32,000 bases of DNA, from the NCBI GenBank assembly GCA_947589105.1, contig CANQBL010000001.1, forward strand, positions 71,146 to 103,145, in the 5' to 3' direction. Below the pieces are notes generated by a model. The model saw only the letters and a list, made by a program, of their open reading frames with translations. It had not been told where the DNA came from and did no database searches. Source of the stretch: an uncultured Bacilli bacterium (lineage in GTDB: Bacteria; Bacillota_I; Bacilli_A; RF39; UBA660). Every line of letters begins with the position of its first letter. The first letter of the stretch is position 1. The position numbers and the translations under genes are program-made. Below, piece by piece: positions 25,872 to 32,000 of this stretch.

Positions 25872-26483
25872 ATGAAAAAACGTTTTCTAAATTCAATTAG
25901 AAATTCTATTAAAAAGCAATACCCTAATTATTCAAAAGATAAAATTGATGAAATAATGTACGGTGTCGAAGGAATATACTTAATGATAACAAAAACTATA
26001 ATAATATTTTTATTAGCTTTTATATTAGGTATATTTAAAGAACTTTTATATTTACTTATTGCTTTTAATTTTATTAGGCTTTTTGCATTTGGTATGCATG
26101 CCAACAAAAGTATTATATGTCTTGTTTTTTCAACTTTATTATTTATAGGCGGTGCATTTTTATGTAAATATGTAACACTAAATAAATTAGTTTTATACAT
26201 ATTTTACTTATTAGCTTTTATAATTATTACTATTTTTTCTCCTGCAGATACGGTAAAAAGACCCCTAATAAATAAGAAAAAAAGAAATAAATTTAAATTT
26301 TTATCAATTATAACAACATTAATTTATTTTATATTAACTCTATTTATTAAAAACAACTTAATTATTAATAGTCTTATATTTGGTCTTATCATAGAATGCA
26401 TTTTAATATCACCTTTGACTTATAAAATTTTTAAAATGCCATATAAAAACTATGTTAATTATGGTTTAAACACTTTTAATTAA
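25872..26483 (+). CDS. agrB: AgrB-family autoinducing-peptide processing endopeptidase
   Basis: 203-aa polytopic membrane protein. FIRLFAFGMHANKSIIC has His and Cys spaced 7 residues apart, as in the S. aureus AgrB catalytic pair H77/C84. A basic loop KRPLINKKKRNK is also present. Confidence 0.85.
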   Translation: MKKRFLNSIRNSIKKQYPNYSKDKIDEIMYGVEGIYLMITKTIIIFLLAFILGIFKELLYLLIAFNFIRLFAFGMHANKSIICLVFSTLLFIGGAFLCKYVTLNKLVLYIFYLLAFIIITIFSPADTVKRPLINKKKRNKFKFLSIITTLIYFILTLFIKNNLIINSLIFGLIIECILISPLTYKIFKMPYKNYVNYGLNTFN

Positions 26484-26519
26484 GTGATTAAATAAATTTT
26501 AATAAGGAGGAATAATAAA

Positions 26520-26645
26520 ATGAAAGCAATGTTAATTTCTATTGTTTCAGCATTAGGAGCTTTAGTTGCAGCTTCTGCAACTAGCGGATGTGTTATAGTA
26601 TGGGTTGATGAACCAACAATGCCTAAAGCAATGTTAGAAAAGTAA
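26520..26645 (+). CDS. agrD: AgrD-type autoinducing-peptide precursor (41 aa; below the ORF-track size cut-off)
   Basis: An AAGGAGG SD (26504-26510) precedes the ATG at 26520. Translation is MKAMLISIVSALGALVAASATSGCVIVWVDEPTMPKAMLEK: an amphipathic leader, a single Cys, and the acidic DExxxPK tail typical of AgrD. It lies 36 nt after agrB. Confidence 0.8.
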   Translation: MKAMLISIVSALGALVAASATSGCVIVWVDEPTMPKAMLEK

Positions 26646-26672
26646 AAGAAAAAGCTTTTATTGCTTTTTCTT
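26646..26672. terminator. bidirectional terminator shared by agrBD and the convergent kinase gene
   Basis: AAGAAAAAGC-TTTTATT-GCTTTTTCTT (10-bp stem) with T-runs on both sides. It overlaps the last codons of the kinase ORF. Confidence 0.6.
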
Positions 26673-27962
26673 TTTTATTTGTATAATTAAATTTGTTATA
26701 AAATAATCGTTGTCCAACTTATTTTCTACGTTCAAGCATTCATTTTCATTTACTATGTCATTAACTAATCTCAGTCCATAACCATGTCCATTTCCTTTTG
26801 TTGAATGACCAGAACCTAATTTAGACATATCTATTTTTCCTTTATATGTATTTGAAATGCTAAAAATAACTTTAGAAGATTCTTTTATTGAAGAAATAGT
26901 AATTTTTTTATTTTTACTTTCTTTACTTGCATCAATTGCATTATCTAATAACACACCTAATATTTTAGTAATATTTTTATACATTATCGTATCTAAAGTC
27001 TTTAATTTTGTTTTTACTCCATATTCAACATTAATTTCATATTTGATATTTTCATCATCCATCATTGATAATTTATAATATAAAAGTCCTTTTATACCTC
27101 CATCAGGAAAATTATTAAGTTGGCTTATTAAATAACTACTATGTGTTTTTTTAGTATCATCTACGATTGAATCTAAATACTCAATTAGTTTAGGTGACTT
27201 CATTTGAGCATAACCACGAATAACCATCAACTGGTTTCTAAACTCATGATTTGCTTTTCCTTGATCCGTAATTATTTTTTCGTATTTAGTAACATAATTA
27301 AGCATCTGTTTATTTTGTTCATTTAACTTATCATATTTTGATTCATTTTTTATTATTACGGTTAATATTGCAACTATACCAATAATAAATAATATATTAA
27401 CATAATAATTTGATTTAAGTATTAATTCTAAACCATTTTTTGATACTATTAAATATACAACAAATATAAATATGTATAAATAATTTATTAATTTTGAATT
27501 TTTATCAAACATATTATTTATTTTATAAATAATCTTAATAAAAAAAGGAATATATATTAAACAAATAGATAATAGTGATATTAAAATATTTGCCAAAAGA
27601 TTATAAAGATTATTATTAACAATATCAACAGAATTAATTCCAAAAAGTACTAAAAATAAAGTTACTATTATTTCACTAATTGACATTATCATCTCTAAAT
27701 TGAAAGAATATAAAATTAATTTTTTATCCTTTATTTTTAAAAAGAAGTATATAATTAAAGAAGTTATTATTATAAATAAAATAAATCTAATTTGGTTTGG
27801 AATAAATAAAAAACATATCGAGCAATAAATACACATTGGAATTAGTAATTTTATTTTTTCTTTTAAAGCTTTAATTTGTATTTGTCTACAAATAATAATT
27901 GTCGCAGCCGTGCCCTGAAATAATGAAACTATTATACTTATAATTATTTTTTCTACACTCAT
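26658..27962 (-). CDS. AgrC/HPK10-type sensor histidine kinase
   Basis: 434 aa. The N-terminal sensor has about 6-7 TM helices. H-box HEFRNQLMVIRGY, N-box LLDNAIDA, G-box GHGYGL. The start overlaps the regulator stop (ATGA at 27962-27959). Confidence 0.85.
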   Translation of the reverse strand: MSVEKIIISIIVSLFQGTAATIIICRQIQIKALKEKIKLLIPMCIYCSICFLFIPNQIRFILFIIITSLIIYFFLKIKDKKLILYSFNLEMIMSISEIIVTLFLVLFGINSVDIVNNNLYNLLANILISLLSICLIYIPFFIKIIYKINNMFDKNSKLINYLYIFIFVVYLIVSKNGLELILKSNYYVNILFIIGIVAILTVIIKNESKYDKLNEQNKQMLNYVTKYEKIITDQGKANHEFRNQLMVIRGYAQMKSPKLIEYLDSIVDDTKKTHSSYLISQLNNFPDGGIKGLLYYKLSMMDDENIKYEINVEYGVKTKLKTLDTIMYKNITKILGVLLDNAIDASKESKNKKITISSIKESSKVIFSISNTYKGKIDMSKLGSGHSTKGNGHGYGLRLVNDIVNENECLNVENKLDNDYFITNLIIQIKKKKQ

Positions 27963-28669
27963 AAAATCTCCCTTAATTTCCTTTTATAATTTTTGGATAA
28001 ATAGTCTATACTTTTATCACAATTAAAATAAATTATACTATTTTTAAAATCAACACTTTCTATTTTATCAATATTAATATAACAAGCCCTATGTGTTTGA
28101 TGAAACCTAGAATCTAATTTTTTTATTATGTTTAATAAAGTGTCATTTACTGGATATTCATCTTCTTCGGTTACTATTGTTGTTTTATTACTTTCGCTAT
28201 CTTTATAAATATATAATATATTATCTAAATTTACGTGATGCAGTTCTTTATTACATCTAAAACTTAAAACTTTTTTTAATTCTATTTTGTTAATTACCAT
28301 TTTTAACGTATCAGATAATCTTTCTTCATAATTATCAAATTTTGAGATGAAATCAAATATTAAAAGTTTTTGTTTTAAAACATTAAGTTCTAATTCATCA
28401 TGAGAAGTTAATATGATTATTATACTATCCCAATCTACTTTTCTAATTTCTCTTGCTATTTCTATTCCGGTTTTGTTAGGTAACTCCAAATCCAAAATAT
28501 AAATTTTTATATCAAGAGGGGTGTTTATTATGTTTTTTAATTTAATGCTATATTTATCAAAAGAATGAATGTTATAGCTAAAATCATATGGCATAGCTAC
28601 TTTTTTAATAATAGCATTATTTAAATCAGTAACATATTTATTATCATCACAAAGTATAAAATTAATCAT
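27959..28669 (-). CDS. LytTR-family response regulator (AgrA-like)
   Basis: The receiver domain begins MINFILCDDN and is followed by a C-terminal LytTR domain (...FHQTHRACYINIDKIESVD). The likely start is ATG 28669 after a GGGTGA SD; the track start at 28681 is GTG. Confidence 0.88.
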   Translation of the reverse strand: MINFILCDDNKYVTDLNNAIIKKVAMPYDFSYNIHSFDKYSIKLKNIINTPLDIKIYILDLELPNKTGIEIAREIRKVDWDSIIIILTSHDELELNVLKQKLLIFDFISKFDNYEERLSDTLKMVINKIELKKVLSFRCNKELHHVNLDNILYIYKDSESNKTTIVTEEDEYPVNDTLLNIIKKLDSRFHQTHRACYINIDKIESVDFKNSIIYFNCDKSIDYLSKNYKRKLREIL

Positions 28670-28696
28670 ACTATCACCCACTTAATTATAACATAA

Positions 28697-28723
28697 AAAA
28701 AAGAATTCATACGAATTCTTTTT
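28697..28723 (-). terminator. intrinsic terminator after mreB
   Basis: AAAAAGAATTC-ATAC-GAATTCTTTTT, an 11-bp stem. On the minus strand it runs into a T-tract. Confidence 0.7.
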
Positions 28724-29699
28724 ATATTAGATTATCCAACATAATTCCTGTTCCTTCTGCTACACAAGTAAGTGGACTTTTTGCAATTTTTACAGGCACT
28801 TTTATTTCTTTTTCTATTAATTTATCTAAACCTTCTAATAAAGCTCCACCACCAGTTAAAACAATTCCTTTATCAATTATATCCGCTGATATTTCTGGCT
28901 CTATTTTTTCGAGAACGGTTTTAGTTGCATGAATTATCATTTCTACACTATCTTTTATTGCTTCTTTTATTTCATTAGAAGAGATACTAATTGTCTTAGG
29001 AAGTCCTGTTAATAAATCCCTTCCTCTTATTTTCATATTTTTAGTTTTAGAATCTTCTAAAACATTTCCTATTTTTATTTTTATTTGCTCTGCAGTAACC
29101 TCTCCAATTAGAAGTTTATACTTATTTTTAACATATTTTATTATATCAACATCTAGTGTATTACCTGCAATCTTTATAGATTCACTATAAACAATACCAT
29201 TAAGAGATAATACAGCGATATCAGTTGTGCCACCGCCTATGTCAATTACCATGTTTCCACTCGGCATTCCTATTTCTAATCCTGCACCTATTGCAGCCAC
29301 TTTAGGTTCTTCTTCAACATATACTTTTTTAGCACCAGTTCTTTCTGCGACTTCTCTTATTGCGTTTTTTTCAACTTGTGTAATGTTAGATGGACAACAA
29401 ATTAAAATTCTAGGCTTACTAAAAAACGTTTTTCCTTTTATTTTTTTTATAAAATAATCTAGCATTATTTCCGTTTTATCAAAATCCGCAATCACTCCAT
29501 CTTTTAATGGTTTAATAGCAATAACACTACCTGGTGTTCTACCTATCATTTCGTGTGCCTTTTGTCCTATTGCAAGAACTTTTCCACTTTCTTTATCAAT
29601 TGCAACAACACTTGGTTCAGAAAGTACTATACCTTCTCCCTTAACAAATATAAGAATGTTAGCTGTACCCAAATCAATTCCAATATCTTTATTTTTCAT
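28722..29699 (-). CDS. mreB: rod-shape-determining actin homologue MreB/Mbl
   Basis: 325 aa with the actin-fold phosphate motifs IGIDLGTANILIF and VIDIGGGTTDIAV. It sits after spoIID and the spoIIQ-like gene, as mbl does in Bacillus. Confidence 0.93.
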   Translation of the reverse strand: MKNKDIGIDLGTANILIFVKGEGIVLSEPSVVAIDKESGKVLAIGQKAHEMIGRTPGSVIAIKPLKDGVIADFDKTEIMLDYFIKKIKGKTFFSKPRILICCPSNITQVEKNAIREVAERTGAKKVYVEEEPKVAAIGAGLEIGMPSGNMVIDIGGGTTDIAVLSLNGIVYSESIKIAGNTLDVDIIKYVKNKYKLLIGEVTAEQIKIKIGNVLEDSKTKNMKIRGRDLLTGLPKTISISSNEIKEAIKDSVEMIIHATKTVLEKIEPEISADIIDKGIVLTGGGALLEGLDKLIEKEIKVPVKIAKSPLTCVAEGTGIMLDNLI

Positions 29700-29767
29700 G
29701 TTTTTCCTTAACTTTTATAAGCGTTGTTAAAACGCTTTTTATATGTTTTATAATTATTAGTTTAATA

Positions 29768-30418
29768 CTAATTATTTACTAAATCTTTTACTGATTTATC
29801 ATAATATTGTTCTGGATTGATTACACTACCATTTTTATACATTTCAAAATGTAAACCTTGTTTTACCTCGCTATTTAAAACGCAAGTTCCGCTTTTAGCT
29901 ATTATCTGTCCCTGGGTTACATTATCACCCTTTTTTACCAATACTTCACCTAAAGATTGGTACATAACAATTACTTCGTTTGAGTTTCTTATTTCTACTG
30001 TTTTACCTAATAGAGTATCATCGGTTATGTTTGTAACCGTTCCTGCTAGTGATGAAACAACATCAAACTGCTCTTCTGATTTATAATCAACACCAGAGTT
30101 TTGCATATATATACCTTCATGATAAATAATTGAATTTTTTTGATCTTCTTCCGAAGCATCTTTATCATAAAAATTTTTATAAATGCTTACAGTATCAGAA
30201 GTATAAGGTCTTATAATTTTTTCCTCCTGATTTACTACTGGATAGTAACTATCAAAAATATAATCATTTACATAAGTAAAATCATCGTTATTTTTTGATA
30301 CGTTACTGGTTTTACCATCAGTTAAAAAGAAAACTGATAATAAACTTACAATTAGGAATGCTCCTACAATTGAAACTTTTACAAATGGTTTTAACTTTCT
30401 TTTTTTCATTTTCTTCAC
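29768..30418 (-). CDS. membrane-anchored degenerate LytM (M23) domain protein, SpoIIQ-like
   Basis: One N-terminal TM helix. The M23 fold has its metal ligands altered: YHEGIY instead of HxxxD, MYQSL instead of YxH, and GLHFE instead of HxH. It lies directly downstream of spoIID. Confidence 0.55.
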   Translation of the reverse strand: MKKMKKRKLKPFVKVSIVGAFLIVSLLSVFFLTDGKTSNVSKNNDDFTYVNDYIFDSYYPVVNQEEKIIRPYTSDTVSIYKNFYDKDASEEDQKNSIIYHEGIYMQNSGVDYKSEEQFDVVSSLAGTVTNITDDTLLGKTVEIRNSNEVIVMYQSLGEVLVKKGDNVTQGQIIAKSGTCVLNSEVKQGLHFEMYKNGSVINPEQYYDKSVKDLVNN

Positions 30419-30462
30419 CTCTCATTTTAAGTTTTGACGAAAGAGAAGAAATTATACATAAA

Positions 30463-31386
30463 TTAATTAATTTTTTTTATTTCACAATTTTGATAATAAT
30501 GTTTTAATATATCTTTATAATTATATCCGTCCTTTGCCATTCCATTTGCACCATACTGACTCATTCCTACACCATGTCCATATCCACTAACATTAAAAAC
30601 AACTTTTTCTTGTAAAACCTCAATATCAAAACTTGTTGATTTTAAATTAAAAATTTTTTTTATCTCGTTAGATTTAAAATTTTTACCATTAATACTTAAA
30701 CTAATTACTCTTCCTGTATTAGTTTTTTTTATATTTTCAATTATTATATTATCTTTTTTTTCAAGACCTAAATTAAATAAAAATTCGGACTTTGAAACTT
30801 CGCTTTTACTATTAAAAACTGGAGACTCAGTTTTATCCCAAGAAGAAGATACACTAACCAAATATGGTTTAGAAGAAGAAAATACATTTTCACTATTTTC
30901 TGTATAACCGTTACTTGTCGAAAAAAACAATGCATCTATTAAATTATTTTGATATAAAACAACTTCTCCTTTTGTGCTTAATACGGCATTTTTTACTTTT
31001 AATAAATTTTTTTCATAATTATCTTTCCATTTTTTTTTCATATCATCATAACTTATATAAACTTGATTTTGGGTACTATCCGTAACATCATAATCATTTT
31101 TACTATTTTTAGCATGATTCAATGCATAAGTTCTAGAAGCAACTGCTTGTGCTTTTAAAGCCTCAATATTAAATGAAGCAGGTACTTCACCTGCTACAAC
31201 TCCAATTACATATTCTTCAATTGGTACATTTATTATTTGACCATCACTACTTTTTTTAACTCTTATTACTTTATTATTATAAATACCATATTTAATTTTA
31301 TTTATTATTTTAGTAGAATTATGTAGACCAATTATAAATAATGGAATTAATATTACTAATAAAGTAAATGATAGAATTTTTTTCAT
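30463..31386 (-). CDS. spoIID: stage II sporulation protein D (SpoIID/LytB lytic transglycosylase)
   Basis: Signal/anchor sequence, EEYVIGVVAGEVPASFNIEALKAQAVASRTYAL, and GHGVGMSQYGANGMA. Confidence 0.88.
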   Translation of the reverse strand: MKKILSFTLLVILIPLFIIGLHNSTKIINKIKYGIYNNKVIRVKKSSDGQIINVPIEEYVIGVVAGEVPASFNIEALKAQAVASRTYALNHAKNSKNDYDVTDSTQNQVYISYDDMKKKWKDNYEKNLLKVKNAVLSTKGEVVLYQNNLIDALFFSTSNGYTENSENVFSSSKPYLVSVSSSWDKTESPVFNSKSEVSKSEFLFNLGLEKKDNIIIENIKKTNTGRVISLSINGKNFKSNEIKKIFNLKSTSFDIEVLQEKVVFNVSGYGHGVGMSQYGANGMAKDGYNYKDILKHYYQNCEIKKIN

Positions 31387-31395
31387 TTTTTCTCC

Positions 31396-31623
31396 TTAAA
31401 GGAGACTAATGGTACCATAAATATCAACTAAAAAATTAACTAACAAATAAGACAAGATAAGCGATAATATAAAGTATAATGAATGTATTTGCATTATACT
31501 ATTTTTTTTAAATAACTTATCTAAATTTGTTGACGTTACTATCCATATACTAAAAGGAATAATAATACAATACAATATAATCTTAATACTCATTAGTTTC
31601 CTCATACTTTTCAACTTGCTCAA
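31396..31623 (-). CDS. DUF1146 (YwzB-like) small membrane protein
   Basis: Two TM helices with NLDKLFKKN....LYFILSLILSYLLVNFLVDIY, the family pattern as I recall it. The real start is probably one of the internal Met codons (31605 or 31593), because the track ORF overlaps the rpiB 3' end. Confidence 0.55.
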   Translation of the reverse strand: MSKLKSMRKLMSIKIILYCIIIPFSIWIVTSTNLDKLFKKNSIMQIHSLYFILSLILSYLLVNFLVDIYGTISLL

Positions 31624-32000
31624 TTCTTATTTTATAACAAGGATCTGAAAGAAATGTCGAATTAATGAATATTTCTATCATTTCTTTTATTTCTTCTGCA
31701 CTATGTGATTGTGCACCAAAAGCAATTATATTTGCATCATTGTGTTCTTTTGCAGATTTTGCTTCATCTTTATTATCTATTTTTGCACATCTTATTCCCT
31801 TTACTTTATTACACGCAATTGAAACCCCTATTCCAGTCCCACACATTACAATTCCTAAATCAACTTCTTTATTTATAACTGCATTACTTAAAATTAATGC
31901 ATATTTAGGATAATCTATCCTTTCGTTTGAATAACAACCATAATCAACTATATCATAATCATCTAATAAATTTTTTAATTCTTCTTTTACATTATAAGCT
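31583..32000 (-). CDS. rpiB: ribose-5-phosphate isomerase B (RpiB/LacAB family); the 5' end is outside the window
   Basis: The open frame continues upstream of the track Met to the window end (...AYNVKEELKNLLDDYDIVDYGCYSNERIDYPKYALILSNAVINKEVDLGIVMCGTGIGVSIACNKVKGIRCA). Confidence 0.8.
   Translation of the reverse strand, partial: AYNVKEELKNLLDDYDIVDYGCYSNERIDYPKYALILSNAVINKEVDLGIVMCGTGIGVSIACNKVKGIRCAKIDNKDEAKSAKEHNDANIIAFGAQSHSAEEIKEMIEIFINSTFLSDPCYKIRIEQVEKYEETNEY

Noticed and set aside
25420-26200. ORFs 25420-25602 (+) and 25928-26200 (-), antisense to csp and agrB
   Set aside because: Same reasoning as above: they are shadow frames of clearly recognisable genes.
29719-29737. Hairpin AAGCGTT-GTTAA-AACGCTT between the SpoIIQ-like gene and mreB, considered as a terminator
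   Set aside because: The T-run follows it only on the plus strand, whereas the flanking genes are on the minus strand. It is therefore not a convincing terminator for them.
1-32000. tRNA, rRNA, riboswitch or T-box elements
   Set aside because: No GC-rich structured segments of suitable size appear in any intergenic region. The intergenic DNA is uniformly AT-rich, and the only structures are the terminator and palindrome hairpins listed above.

Overview
This is a very AT-rich, low-GC Firmicutes-type chromosomal segment. UGA is used as a stop and sporulation genes are present. Nearly everything is transcribed on the minus strand. The backbone follows the conserved Bacillus/Clostridium order hpf-secA-prfB-yitT(yvjA-like)-ftsE-ftsX-M23 peptidase-uvrB-uvrA ... 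lgt-trxB. At higher coordinates come csp, an agr-type quorum-sensing locus, mreB/mbl, a SpoIIQ-like protein with a degenerate LytM domain, spoIID, a DUF1146 membrane protein and rpiB. The agr locus holds agrB, a 41-aa agrD missing from the ORF track, and a convergent LytTR regulator plus AgrC-like kinase. Three insertions break the synteny. (1) 2118-5606 is a compact operon of ArpU-like regulator, GNAT, radical-SAM/SPASM maturase, a translationally coupled 60-aa six-cysteine peptide and an amidohydrolase; it is a candidate undescribed thioether-RiPP system. (2) 8713-9618 is a DUF3419/BtaA-like gene between uvrB and uvrA. (3) 16545-22166 is a 5.6-kb array of four small cargo cassettes with no recombinase, splitting the normally adjacent secA-prfB pair. 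Its spacers are built from recurring modules: two extra copies of the last ~45 nt of secA (SEC-C zinc-motif tail plus stop), 9-bp tandem ATAAATACY repeats, a TTATAAAACC core, and cassette-specific heptamer words arranged as helically phased direct repeats and long imperfect palindromes. I recognised no rRNA, tRNA, CRISPR array, transposase or integrase. All calls come from reading the sequence and the supplied ORF translations; no database search was possible.
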